A stretch of 64,000 nucleotides of DNA from Candidatus Moraniibacteriota bacterium (GTDB lineage Bacteria; Patescibacteriota; Minisyncoccia; Moranbacterales; UBA1568): contig CAVURJ010000002.1 of the NCBI GenBank assembly GCA_963743885.1, forward strand, positions 109,020-173,019, given 5' to 3'. The stretch's first letter is position 1. Each line of letters begins with the position of its first letter. The notes below the pieces were generated by a model. It was given only the letters and a program-made list of their open reading frames with translations, was not told the origin of the DNA and searched no databases. The translations under genes and the position numbers were made by a program. This document shows, piece by piece, positions 1 through 10,018 of the stretch.

Positions 1-1
1 C

Positions 2-748
2 GATGCTGCAACCCGAGCCGTAGCATATGCCGCGGTTTGTGCCGATGGCCAGCCATCAGAGGGAGGCACTGGCAGTATGCTTGCCGAAGTCTATCGCGCC
101 AAAACGCTGCATGCGCTCGGCCAGGCAGAAGAGGCGGAGCATTTGGCGTCTCGGGTCGTTTCGCGGATCGATACGGTGCCATATATGCCGATCGCGCATC
201 TCCAGGCCGCCTCATTGCTCTCATCATTCGGCCCGGGAGCATTTTCGGATGCGGCTCGGAAGATCTTTGATCGTTGTTTTGATGATTATGCCAGGCGTAT
301 GAGGATTGGTGGGGATATCGAGTTGGCGCTGTTTCCTGAAGCAATCGTTGTGGCGGAAAAACTGCACAGGATATCGGGCGATGCCATGTATCGGCGGAAA
401 GCAACGGAATTATCCGAATGGCTGAAAGGATGCCAGTTGCCGGACGGAAGCTTCCCCGCGCATACATCGGGCGGCCTCGCATATACGCGCGGTACGGGGA
501 AGATCTTCGAAGTTCTGGCGACTGACTCGAAGAAGCATGAACGGGCGCTCTTGGCCGTATTCCGATGGATCAGAGACATACAATATACGGAAGAGAATGC
601 TTTTTTCGTGTCTAAGCGCTACCAGAGCCGGTTACTTGGTGGATTTCGGCATGATGCGCTCAACCAGGATGTCTGGATCGATGCCTCGGCCCATGTGCTG
701 CTCGGTGGCGCTCGAGTACTCCGGCATCTGAAAGAGGATCGGACGTGA
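2..748 (+). CDS. 5'-truncated protein, C-terminal (alpha/alpha)-barrel-like domain (type often fused to AMMECR1 domains)
   Basis: Frame is open from position 2 to the stop at 748; QLPDGSFP and GGFRHDALNQDVWIDASAHVLLG motifs recall prenyltransferase/six-hairpin-like barrels. Confidence 0.45.
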   Translation, partial: DAATRAVAYAAVCADGQPSEGGTGSMLAEVYRAKTLHALGQAEEAEHLASRVVSRIDTVPYMPIAHLQAASLLSSFGPGAFSDAARKIFDRCFDDYARRMRIGGDIELALFPEAIVVAEKLHRISGDAMYRRKATELSEWLKGCQLPDGSFPAHTSGGLAYTRGTGKIFEVLATDSKKHERALLAVFRWIRDIQYTEENAFFVSKRYQSRLLGGFRHDALNQDVWIDASAHVLLGGARVLRHLKEDRT

Positions 749-872
749 TGATAGCGGTATCGGCGGATGCACTATCTCAGCGGTTGGGCAGCGGTTGTAT
801 GAATATATGAGAACAAAGAAGCGGCGAAGATACTTCGCCGCTTCTTTTATGTCTTCCGGGAAAGCGTGTTCC

Positions 873-2120
873 TTACGGCGCGACTTCCTTCCAGTTGAAG
901 TCGCAGTAGCGGGTACCGGTGCAGGCTTCCGGGTTGCCGCAGGTATTGGTGCCGGTGTAGGATTCGCCCATGCAGTAGGAGCCGGAGTCAGTCGAGCAGT
1001 TCGAGGCACAAAACTTCGTCACTGCCGCCGTGACCGTAGAAGTCATACTGACGAGCGGATAGGTGGCGGAGATATTTTCCGTCCGGGTCATGAATGACGG
1101 GAGTGGGTTCGGTGTGACAAGTTTTGGATTGGCTCCGGAAAGCGCGATAGCATCGCTCGGAACATTGGCTGCTGACCAGGTGACTGTTGCTGTGACGTTG
1201 GCTCCTGGAGTAGCATCTGAGCAGGCTGGCTGGTCGGTATAGCAGGCGACGAGCCGTTTCGCCGGGTCGGTATCCATCATGGAAAACGACCCGCCGTTGG
1301 CGTAGTAGATGCCACTTGAGCAGGAATTTTCGCAAATCTGGAGCGAGTGCGTGCAGGCGCTGTCTAGCGGAACAACCGCCTCGCAAGTGCCGCTGCAGCC
1401 GATAATGCCCGTGCCATGCATGCCGCATATGTTTGTGCTGGCGGTTGAGCAGGGTGTTCCATAGCCGACTGGGTTCGGCGGAGCGATGCCGGAGCATGAG
1501 CCGTCGCATTGGACGATGCCATTACTTGGATAGCCTGTCGTTAGGTCACAGGCTAAACAGTTAGGCAGTACCATTCCTCCTCCGGGGTAGTAAAGCTCGG
1601 TGCTGGAGCAGGGCGGGGCATGGAGGACGGTGAGAGGTGATGATTTCGTTCCGGAACAAACAGTCGATGGCGGGTAGGTCTGTCCGCAGGCATTGGTGGC
1701 GGTGCAGGGGTCGCCGACGCCAGGGGGATTGGCCGGAGCGCTTACGCTGCAGACAGTACCGTGGCATTCGGTTACTCCGGACTTGTTGGTGGAGCAGGGT
1801 GGCGTCGTACCACATTGATAGGTGCCGTTGTTGCAGCTGCCGCAGAGGTTGCACTGAACGCAGGGTTGGCCATAGAACGGGCTGTCATGGAGATTAGACG
1901 GACATGAGGCTGGGACGACGAAGCCACCCGTTTCTCCGGAGGGAGAGACGGCTGCGATGCCGAGCTCTGATGACGGTGACGGTTGGGAGAGCCGTTCGCG
2001 TACGAAAAATGAAGCTCCGAAGACTAGTGCTACGATGGCAGCAAAAAGCAATTTTCTGTGCTTTATGACAGAGAGTGGCAAAACGAAATGCATACGTTTC
2101 ATATTTCTTTTAGTATACAC
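873..2120 (-). CDS. Cys-rich membrane-anchored/secreted surface protein
   Basis: 415 aa; N-terminal hydrophobic segment; repeated G-x-PC...N-x-CG units; ends DFNWKEVAP. Confidence 0.8.
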   Translation of the reverse strand: MYTKRNMKRMHFVLPLSVIKHRKLLFAAIVALVFGASFFVRERLSQPSPSSELGIAAVSPSGETGGFVVPASCPSNLHDSPFYGQPCVQCNLCGSCNNGTYQCGTTPPCSTNKSGVTECHGTVCSVSAPANPPGVGDPCTATNACGQTYPPSTVCSGTKSSPLTVLHAPPCSSTELYYPGGGMVLPNCLACDLTTGYPSNGIVQCDGSCSGIAPPNPVGYGTPCSTASTNICGMHGTGIIGCSGTCEAVVPLDSACTHSLQICENSCSSGIYYANGGSFSMMDTDPAKRLVACYTDQPACSDATPGANVTATVTWSAANVPSDAIALSGANPKLVTPNPLPSFMTRTENISATYPLVSMTSTVTAAVTKFCASNCSTDSGSYCMGESYTGTNTCGNPEACTGTRYCDFNWKEVAP

Positions 2121-2158
2121 TATTTCAGAGGTTTTTCATATGTTTTTATGATGATCTG

Positions 2159-3817
2159 TCAAGCCGCCGGGCGCGGGTATCCCGCTATCGATGCGATACC
2201 GGCCGTGACAGCAATACCGATGGCCAAGACAATGATCCAGTCGCCGTATTGCTGGTACGGGGTCAGATACTCCGAGAGCGGGATACGCGCATAGGTAACC
2301 GATGGTCCTTGGCCGTCATCGGATGCGAGGACGCGGCCGGACGGTCCGATGATAATGGAAGGGGTCATATTGCCAGCGATGATGACTGGTCGGCTGTTTT
2401 CTGCGGCGCGGATTTTTCCGAGAGTAATCGTCTGACGGCCAAGTGTTTTTGACCCGTGGAAGATCGAATGTGAAGAGAGGTTGGCGATGATATCGGGTGC
2501 AGGTATCCCGTTTTCACGCAAGAGGGTGGGGGAGAAGATCTCTGAACAGAGAAGCGGGCTAATCCTGAGCGGTCCGTATGTGCCGTATCGTGCCGTCTCG
2601 AGCCGCTTGAGTGATCTTGTCTCGAGGAAGTTTCGGACGATATCGTCCCGGCCGGCCAGTGTGAGCGGCAAGAGCGTGATCCAAGGAATGTATTCGCCGT
2701 TCGGGATGGGCACTTGTTTTGTAGCGGAAGCGGTCAGGTCGGAGAGAGTATTGTAGAAGAAGGCCCGGGAATCCGGTCCGGCACCGTCGGAGATGTGGCC
2801 GGAATCGATGACGAGATGCTCTCCCGGTCCGAGCATGTCGGAGAAATAGCGTTGCCGGTATCCCGCATCGATGCTGGCGATGAATTGTGAATCTTCTGGC
2901 AGAATGAGAAGCTCCGGCGATTGGTCATCACTTTTGATCCTAGAAAGTAGATTACGGAGCGCTGCCGCTTTGCGGATGTCGGCGTCGGGATCATCTGAGG
3001 CGCGTTCGGAAAAATCAGTGTGAACGATGGCGGCGAGAGGCCCTTGGGGAGTAGGAATGCGCTGGGTTGTCGTCCGGAAAAAGAGAAAGACGGTCACGCT
3101 GGACGTGAACATGAGTAGCACGATGAGACCGACTACGGCAAGCAAGGGCCTGTTCGCTGAATATATCAGACGCAACCGCCCTGGTGGCAGACCGCGCAAG
3201 AAGCGCCATACCATGAAGAGTGTAGCATTGATGAAAACAGCGAGAAAGCTGAGAAGGTAGACGCCGCCGAGCGGAGCAAGCAGCAAGAGTGGTGACCAGG
3301 CGAGGGCGTTGCCGAGCACGCCGAATGTCCAGTGGCCGCCGATGATTGAATGCGGTCCGGCATAGAGTATCGAGAAAGCATATGTGTGTACGTATTCGAA
3401 GACGGTCCATGATGCGGCAGCGAAGAGGATGAAAAGGATCGGTTTGCGGATACGGAGGGCGGAAAAACCGACGGTCCAGAGTCCGGAAAAAAGCCCTGCA
3501 AGCAGCGCTCCTGCTACCCAGACCATAGCGATGAGCGAGATGCTCAGGATGGGCGATCTGATACCGGCCCAGTCAAGCGGAAGCGCTTCGAAGAACCAGA
3601 CGATGTTGATGCTGGAGAAGATGGTGCCGAACAGGAATCCGGCGAAAAACGCGCTTCTCCCGATGACGTGCCGGTCATAGATCGTGGAGAGCAGCGGTAT
3701 GAATCCGACCAGCATGAGTGGCCAGCCATATTGTGGGAAACAGTAGCCGGCACCCATGAGTATCGCGCTAGCGAGAACAGGCAGAAGGTATGATTGGATT
3801 TTTTTATCGGATTTCAT
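2159..3817 (-). CDS. lnt: Apolipoprotein N-acyltransferase-like protein
   Basis: Multi-TM N-terminus plus nitrilase domain with E-K-C triad (LPED, KQVPIPNGEYIP, LLCSE) and RAAENSRP. Confidence 0.85.
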   Translation of the reverse strand: MKSDKKIQSYLLPVLASAILMGAGYCFPQYGWPLMLVGFIPLLSTIYDRHVIGRSAFFAGFLFGTIFSSINIVWFFEALPLDWAGIRSPILSISLIAMVWVAGALLAGLFSGLWTVGFSALRIRKPILFILFAAASWTVFEYVHTYAFSILYAGPHSIIGGHWTFGVLGNALAWSPLLLLAPLGGVYLLSFLAVFINATLFMVWRFLRGLPPGRLRLIYSANRPLLAVVGLIVLLMFTSSVTVFLFFRTTTQRIPTPQGPLAAIVHTDFSERASDDPDADIRKAAALRNLLSRIKSDDQSPELLILPEDSQFIASIDAGYRQRYFSDMLGPGEHLVIDSGHISDGAGPDSRAFFYNTLSDLTASATKQVPIPNGEYIPWITLLPLTLAGRDDIVRNFLETRSLKRLETARYGTYGPLRISPLLCSEIFSPTLLRENGIPAPDIIANLSSHSIFHGSKTLGRQTITLGKIRAAENSRPVIIAGNMTPSIIIGPSGRVLASDDGQGPSVTYARIPLSEYLTPYQQYGDWIIVLAIGIAVTAGIASIAGYPRPAA

Positions 3818-3833
3818 CTTGAGTCTAGATGAT

Positions 3834-4664
3834 TTACGTAGGAGAATATTTCGGCTTCGGAAGACCGAAGAGGTATCCGAACGGTGCGGTGGAGAGGATG
3901 TGGAGGATAGTGATGATCCAGAATGATCCGCGGATATAATCCGGATGTACGCCAGCAGACCCGCCGATAGGTGACCAGAGGGACACGATGAGTATCAGGA
4001 TCAGCAGCATGACGAATCCGTCGCGTTCTTGGCGTTTGTATTTATGGAGCTTGTAGACCGGATAGATGAACCAGAAGAAATAGTGGGAGATCACGAAGGC
4101 GTCGAGGATGAAGGTGGCATTGGCGCCGAGAGCGGCTGAAACAATGATGAATGCCGTAAGGATTTTCGTCTGGATGAAGAACCAGTTGATTTCTTTGAGG
4201 CCGGAAAGCTCGATGATGATGAGGAGGAACGCTAGCCAGAGGAGCGTTACGAGGGGGATGCTGATATGGGCAGTGTCGCCGATAAGGAGGATTGACGCGA
4301 GGGCGAGCGGAGAGAATCCGGCGAGCAACCCGGAGAGATCGCGGCGCTGTTCCTGCAGGTCGAACTCGTCGTAGATGAAATGGACGGCGAACATGACATA
4401 GCCGAAGAGTGCGAGATTCGGTATGGAAAGCGTCTTGGAAAAGACGAGGGAAAAGAGGGTGGCAGCGAAGAACAGCAGCCAGAGGATATAGCGCCAACTG
4501 AGCTTTTTCGCCATCCACATAGCGGCCCAAGCGCCGATGGCATGGGCTCGCGCTAAGGCGTAAATGACCATTTTCGGAGGGAAGAGGTAACAGGAGCAGA
4601 GGACAAGTACGCCCAGGGCGACTTTGTACGGGGAGAACCCCTGTATTGGCAGGTTGATTTTCAT
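3834..4664 (-). CDS. Polytopic membrane protein, unknown function
   Basis: 276 aa, many hydrophobic helices, several intramembrane His (HFIYDE, SHY, LHI); 16 bp upstream of lnt on the same strand. Confidence 0.7.
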   Translation of the reverse strand: MKINLPIQGFSPYKVALGVLVLCSCYLFPPKMVIYALARAHAIGAWAAMWMAKKLSWRYILWLLFFAATLFSLVFSKTLSIPNLALFGYVMFAVHFIYDEFDLQEQRRDLSGLLAGFSPLALASILLIGDTAHISIPLVTLLWLAFLLIIIELSGLKEINWFFIQTKILTAFIIVSAALGANATFILDAFVISHYFFWFIYPVYKLHKYKRQERDGFVMLLILILIVSLWSPIGGSAGVHPDYIRGSFWIITILHILSTAPFGYLFGLPKPKYSPT

Positions 4665-4791
4665 ATGGTCCTGATAACGGGAGAGTCTTCCTTCACGCGG
4701 TCGATTCTGATACCATCGATTATAGTCCCCATCGGATTCGGTGTCTATGCTGTAGCTGTTCCGGCTGCGGGTACCCTAACGTTTCTGTTTT

Positions 4792-5664
4792 ATGCATACC
4801 ATCCTCACATTTTTCGATCGGGTGAACGATATGCGGATCAATGTGATTCTGAACTATTTCTTATTAGTGAGCTTTTTCGTCTTTAAGAGCCAGAGTCAGG
4901 TCTCTTCCGAAGATAGGATCGCGTTCGCTGCCATAGCGACTGCGTTCGTCGGATTTTCCTATCTATTCAACAGGTATACAGATTATCATTACGATATCGT
5001 CGTCGACGGAACGGAGATAAAGCTCGCTCGCAGGACCTATCTTTGGATATCATTCGGTTATTTCGCTGTGGGCAGCCTGCTTCTTTTGGAAAATCCGGAA
5101 TATTTCCCAGTGCTCATCATCGGGGCTATTTTTGGCATTCCATATTCTGTCCCGACTATCCTCAAAGAGCCTTTCAAGAATTATCTTTTTCTGAAGACTA
5201 TCTATTCCTCCGGATCGAAGACCGCTGTCATTTTCTATTGGCTCCAATGCTTCACGACCTCATCGCTTTCGGAGAGCATAGCGATGTCTTTCATATTCTT
5301 CTGCTCGCATACCGTCTTCGGTATTCTCTGGGATGTGAGGGATATCGAGGCGGACAGGGTCGGTCATGTGCGGACCATCCCAAATGTCTATGGAGTCGGA
5401 GCTGCTCTGACTGTCGCTACGGCCGCCAATATCACCGGATTTCTCATCGATATGTCCGTTTTCGATACGACGGTGCGCGATCTCGCATTCTTCGGATTGG
5501 CTGGGGTGCTCATACTGCTCACGGAATTCGTCCGGCATCCGAGATTTTTCCACACGATGATATATTGCAATATTATTACCAAGCTGTTTTTCGTGAATGA
5601 TCGGGAGTTTGGTATCCTGATCGGCGCAGCCAGGCTCTTTTTCGGGAAAATACTTCCGTTCTAG
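4792..5664 (+). CDS. UbiA-family prenyltransferase
   Basis: NRYTDYHYD (NxxxDxxxD) and DVRDIEAD...RTIP (DxxDxxxD) motifs in a multi-TM protein. Confidence 0.8.
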   Translation: MHTILTFFDRVNDMRINVILNYFLLVSFFVFKSQSQVSSEDRIAFAAIATAFVGFSYLFNRYTDYHYDIVVDGTEIKLARRTYLWISFGYFAVGSLLLLENPEYFPVLIIGAIFGIPYSVPTILKEPFKNYLFLKTIYSSGSKTAVIFYWLQCFTTSSLSESIAMSFIFFCSHTVFGILWDVRDIEADRVGHVRTIPNVYGVGAALTVATAANITGFLIDMSVFDTTVRDLAFFGLAGVLILLTEFVRHPRFFHTMIYCNIITKLFFVNDREFGILIGAARLFFGKILPF

Positions 5665-6509
5665 TCGGATTTTTCCTGGGGGTCGTTGTTTTCATCCGTA
5701 TCGACCAGTGAGAGATTATGCCGGATGACCGAGCGCATCTCTTCCAATCCGCGCGCGTAGATGCCAGGGTCATTGCCAGGGTATGAGGCACCCCAGCTCT
5801 CCGGAGTCATATCCGATACTTCGCGCCAGGCGGATTCGAAAGCGGTCTTCGCTCCCGTCTTGTCTCCGAGATTGAGCAGCGCCGTGCCATAGATGGTATG
5901 GAGCCATGGATTGACCTCGGCGTGTCGCAGGCCAGCCGCAGCCGTATCGCGGGTCTTCTCGTAGTCTCCCTGGCGGAAATAGACCCAGGCGAGGTCGTTG
6001 TAGCCGGCCCAGTTGAAATCATCGCGCTTGATGAATTCCTTGAATCCCCATTCGGCTTCCGGATAGTTCTCCTGGTAGCCGTTGATGAGTCCGTACATGT
6101 AGTAGCCCTGCTTGAGGTCGGGTGCATAGCGGATAGCTTCTTTGATCTCGAAAATTGCTTCGCGGAAGCGGCTCTGGATGAAGTAGGTGCGGCCGAGCTG
6201 GTAGTGTGCTTCCGGGAAGGCATAGCGCTGCTGGAGCGCCCGAATGTAGTATTTCTGGGCTGTTTCGATATCGTAGCGCCCGGCGCCGCCGAAATGATGG
6301 TCACCCATCTCGAAGAGCATAGTGGCATCTTCCGCGGAGAGCGTGAGGGGGATTGTTTCGAGCTTGAGATATTTCCAGAGGATGCCGCCAATCGCGTTGT
6401 GGTAGTGAAAGACGGAGGCGATGCTGACGGATAGGATGAGGACATAAAGGGCGATCATAGCGATGCGCCGCGGCGCGATGGCTATGATGTCCGGTCGGGG
6501 GAATGGCAT
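5661..6509 (-). CDS. Membrane-anchored TPR protein (start uncertain: 6458, 6509 or 6596)
   Basis: N-terminal TM followed by TPR-like helices (AHYQLGRTY, GYYMYG, GYNDLAWVY). Confidence 0.75.
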   Translation of the reverse strand: MPFPRPDIIAIAPRRIAMIALYVLILSVSIASVFHYHNAIGGILWKYLKLETIPLTLSAEDATMLFEMGDHHFGGAGRYDIETAQKYYIRALQQRYAFPEAHYQLGRTYFIQSRFREAIFEIKEAIRYAPDLKQGYYMYGLINGYQENYPEAEWGFKEFIKRDDFNWAGYNDLAWVYFRQGDYEKTRDTAAAGLRHAEVNPWLHTIYGTALLNLGDKTGAKTAFESAWREVSDMTPESWGASYPGNDPGIYARGLEEMRSVIRHNLSLVDTDENNDPQEKSD

Positions 6510-8137
6510 ATAGGAATGCGAGAAAGATACTATGGATGGACGGAGACATTTCCATCGTAGCATATTTTTCCGATGGCGTATCAGTTGTGCTATCATTGGG
6601 CATATATGAAGATATCGATCCGGTTATGATGGAGTTTCAGATCAGGACATATAGGAAAAGCATGGAGGATGTGCCGCAGGATATCCGGGATGCTTTCCGT
6701 ACGCCGATCGTACTGACGATGGTGCATAAGAAGAATACTACCGCGTTCTTCCCGTCTTTTGTTATCATCGATTTCACCTGCGGAGAGCTGACGCATATCC
6801 GGAGCTATCTTCCGGAGAATGTAGTGCTGAAGAAGGCTCATCCGGAGAATGCGTCGATCGTGACGCGGCCGCACATGGTGAATCCCCATTGCATCATCGA
6901 GGTTCATCCCGGAAAGGATTTCTATGCATTCGTGGATGGAGGGAACTATTTTTTGCATGTCGACTATGTGACCGGAAAGATGCGGACATATTTCGCGAAG
7001 GATGTGCTGGCTGATGGAGACTTGGGGAATTTCGGATGGTTCTCGGCGACGGCGTATAAGGATGATGACGATCCACGCTTCTTCCACTTCGCCGTCGAGA
7101 GCCGGCAAGAAGAGAAGCGATATCTCGATTTTTGTCGGATGAGTCTGGATCGCTCCGATGCCAGGCGAGTGTTCCGGTCGGATATGGCGGATTTCTTTCC
7201 GGTACCGCATGCGGTCAGGAAATTCCGTGGGCGCATCTTCAATTCCAGGTTTGAGGGGGGGCGGTTCCGGTATCGTGAGTCTGGCAAGATGTTTGATTCC
7301 ATTGAGGCGCTTTCCGAACATATCTACCGTGGTCTTCATCGAGAGTTCTGTGCTCTTTCCGGTGGAGAAATGTCCGAGAGGCGATTTGAAGATGACGTCA
7401 CATCTTTTTATCCGGAGACCGATTTCAGTTCGGATTTTCAGAGGTTCTGTGAGGATCGCGGAGGGAATATCGTCGGGATAGGCCGTCGTGATAACCGGTA
7501 TGTATTTGAGGCTTTGCCAGGGATATTCTTGGCAATCAATCTGGGGACCGGATCGCTTGAACGGTATGAGACGACGTTCTGCTCCCCGGCGCATTTTGAG
7601 GCGGATGAACGCGATGACGCGCTTTATGTCTCATCGCATAATTTCCTTCGTTTCGGTAAAAAGATGCTGTTTCTTGGTCCGGCCGCTCTCGATAAATTCG
7701 TGATCCGAGACGGGGGAGTGAAAAGGGTCGGATCGTTTTCCGATCCGTCCGGGTATCGTTTCACGTCGCATAAAATCTTCTATCATCGGGGACATTCGTA
7801 TATATGCACTATCGGCCACCCGAACCGATTGTTCATCATCGATGCTGAGACGATGGAGTTGGTGTATCATGTTGATCTTTTTCGGGATTCGCTGTCGAGT
7901 ATTTCGGATATCGGAGAGTTCGTCAATCAGTATGACGGACCATTTCTTTCAGCAGTTGAAGTATCGGATGATGGTGAGTATATTATTGTGATTGGTAGTA
8001 GTTCGATCTATTTCTTTAGTGTCATAGGTCGCCGAATCATTTATGAGATGCCAATTTTTCAAGTGTCCGATACTGAGTATGATAAGTCGTATTGGAAATT
8101 TGTGATGCGGACAGTGCATATGAACCGTCTCACTTAG
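6503..8137 (+). CDS. Hypothetical protein, possible His-containing beta-propeller (start uncertain)
   Basis: 544-aa ORF, beta-rich, recurring His motifs (NPH, VPH, PAH, TSH, TVH); 6 bp from the next gene. Confidence 0.65.
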   Translation: MAYRNARKILWMDGDISIVAYFSDGVSVVLSLGIYEDIDPVMMEFQIRTYRKSMEDVPQDIRDAFRTPIVLTMVHKKNTTAFFPSFVIIDFTCGELTHIRSYLPENVVLKKAHPENASIVTRPHMVNPHCIIEVHPGKDFYAFVDGGNYFLHVDYVTGKMRTYFAKDVLADGDLGNFGWFSATAYKDDDDPRFFHFAVESRQEEKRYLDFCRMSLDRSDARRVFRSDMADFFPVPHAVRKFRGRIFNSRFEGGRFRYRESGKMFDSIEALSEHIYRGLHREFCALSGGEMSERRFEDDVTSFYPETDFSSDFQRFCEDRGGNIVGIGRRDNRYVFEALPGIFLAINLGTGSLERYETTFCSPAHFEADERDDALYVSSHNFLRFGKKMLFLGPAALDKFVIRDGGVKRVGSFSDPSGYRFTSHKIFYHRGHSYICTIGHPNRLFIIDAETMELVYHVDLFRDSLSSISDIGEFVNQYDGPFLSAVEVSDDGEYIIVIGSSSIYFFSVIGRRIIYEMPIFQVSDTEYDKSYWKFVMRTVHMNRLT

Positions 8138-8143
8138 CAGAGT

Positions 8144-9226
8144 ATGGATGTGATTACACGGAATATCTCATTCCGGTCTTATGAGGAGCGACATGCGTGT
8201 GTAACGGGTATACGGGATATCCGTGAATTTGTCCTGTATCTTGAGTCATTGGAACGCGGAGGGGCCAGAATCGTTTCGGGGGTGTATGTTTCCGGATCGG
8301 CCGATGACGCGGCGCAGCGGATGCTTCGCCGCTATTCGATTTTGTCTCTGATGCATTCGATAGAGCAAGGATGTGCGTCCGATGCAGCGAATGCGTCGAT
8401 AGTGGCGGTTTCTGGGGATATCCGCGTCGAGCATATCCAGTCGGAAGACGGGCATGCGCTGGGAACGTGTGTCGAGGCCGGCGGGTATTTGCACCTTTCA
8501 CTTGCCGGGTTATCAGAAGGAACGGCTCTGGCAGGAGAGGTATCCTTTTCGGATGAGATTGCGGAGGAATATGTGAGGAATGGGCGGTGGCTGCATGGAT
8601 ACGGATTTTCATCGGAGCACGTCTGCCGTTATTGGAACTATATGGCCGATATCGCGTCGCATTATGCTGATTTTAATCGGGCTCGGGACGGGTATTTCGT
8701 AGCGCAAGGCGTGAAGGCATATCCGGCTGCGACCGGTATCGAAGCGGTCTTCCCGGGGGAGCGGAGGATCTCGATCGGACTTGAGGCGTATCGGCCGATT
8801 GCGGATGGATCGGTCATCATCGCTCCAGTCGTTTCTGATATGCAGTGCGAGGCGAGCATGTATGGACCGAAGTTCTCACGCGCGACGAGCGTCGTATTCC
8901 CGAAAGACGGCATTGAGAAGCTGTACGTATCCGGAACATCGAATATCGGGAAAACAGGACAGTCTACGAAGGGGCAGGACGTTCATTCTGATATTTCCTA
9001 TACCATGTCCTGTATCGGACACCTCTTATCGAAACGAGGTATGTCGCTTGAGGATATCGTTTCGGCACGCGCATACTTTCATGATGCGGCGGCATATCAG
9101 GCGTTCCTTAGTCTCTATCTCTCCGAGGGCTGGACATTTCCATATATACCTGTCTTTTCTTCGGTTTGTCGGAAAGAGCTTGTTTTCGAGATGGAGTGCC
9201 TTGCGGCTCATCCCTTTGGCACATAG
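8144..9226 (+). CDS. FkbO/Hyg5 chorismatase-like protein (Rid/YjgF fold)
   Basis: YPAATGI, PKFSRA, LYVSGTSNI and VCRKELVFEME motifs match the extended YjgF/FkbO pattern. Confidence 0.65.
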   Translation: MDVITRNISFRSYEERHACVTGIRDIREFVLYLESLERGGARIVSGVYVSGSADDAAQRMLRRYSILSLMHSIEQGCASDAANASIVAVSGDIRVEHIQSEDGHALGTCVEAGGYLHLSLAGLSEGTALAGEVSFSDEIAEEYVRNGRWLHGYGFSSEHVCRYWNYMADIASHYADFNRARDGYFVAQGVKAYPAATGIEAVFPGERRISIGLEAYRPIADGSVIIAPVVSDMQCEASMYGPKFSRATSVVFPKDGIEKLYVSGTSNIGKTGQSTKGQDVHSDISYTMSCIGHLLSKRGMSLEDIVSARAYFHDAAAYQAFLSLYLSEGWTFPYIPVFSSVCRKELVFEMECLAAHPFGT

Positions 9227-9265
9227 CAAAGGATGGTGATATAGTGGAGATACCCGTATGTTTGT

Positions 9266-10018
9266 TTGATTATGTGGCAAGAAGCAGATTTTTCCGGCAT
9301 ATATCACAGGATTTCCAAGGATAGGAATCGCGGACACCCTCCGATTTCTCCGGATCCGAAGGAGTGGCCGAAGGAATGGAAGACCGTCCAGTATAAGACA
9401 TATCCGCGTTTGCCGAAGATAGATTTGTTGGATAGCCGGATTGATGCCAGTTTATCTTCCCTTCTTTCTAAGAGAACAACCCGTCGCGAATATACTGGGG
9501 AGCCGGTATCTTTGATGGAGGTTTCTTCACTTCTCCAATGTTCCTGTGGAATGATCAATGGGCGATCCAGAGCGCAGCCATCTGCTGGTGCGCGGTATCC
9601 TATAGAGGCGTATGTAGCTATCTTGCAGCAGGGTGGGGATCTCCCGGTAGGATTGTATCATTATGATGTTTTGCATCATCGATTGGATGTTTTGTCGGAT
9701 AAAAACATCAAGAGCGCGGATATCACGAAGTTTTTTACTTTTGATTGGACTGTGAAGGCTTCCGCTGTCATTATTTTGACGTCCGTTTTCGAACGAAGCC
9801 GGATGAAATATGGCGATCGGGGATATAGGTATGCGCTTCTTGAGGCCGGACATATTGGACAAGGAATCCATTTATCGATTGAGGCGATTGGTTTGGGGTG
9901 TTGCGCGCTTGGTGGAGCTGATGATATTGCCCTTGAACGTTGGCTTGATATCGATGGTATCAGTGAGTCGATCATGTATGTTATAGCGATAGGGAGACCA
10001 GTAGTGAAAGGAACATGA
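9266..10018 (+). CDS. SagB/ThcOx-family FMN-dependent azoline dehydrogenase
   Basis: RAQPSAGARYPIE, GLYHYD and KYGDRGYRYALLEAGHIGQ motifs. Confidence 0.9.
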   Translation: MIMWQEADFSGIYHRISKDRNRGHPPISPDPKEWPKEWKTVQYKTYPRLPKIDLLDSRIDASLSSLLSKRTTRREYTGEPVSLMEVSSLLQCSCGMINGRSRAQPSAGARYPIEAYVAILQQGGDLPVGLYHYDVLHHRLDVLSDKNIKSADITKFFTFDWTVKASAVIILTSVFERSRMKYGDRGYRYALLEAGHIGQGIHLSIEAIGLGCCALGGADDIALERWLDIDGISESIMYVIAIGRPVVKGT

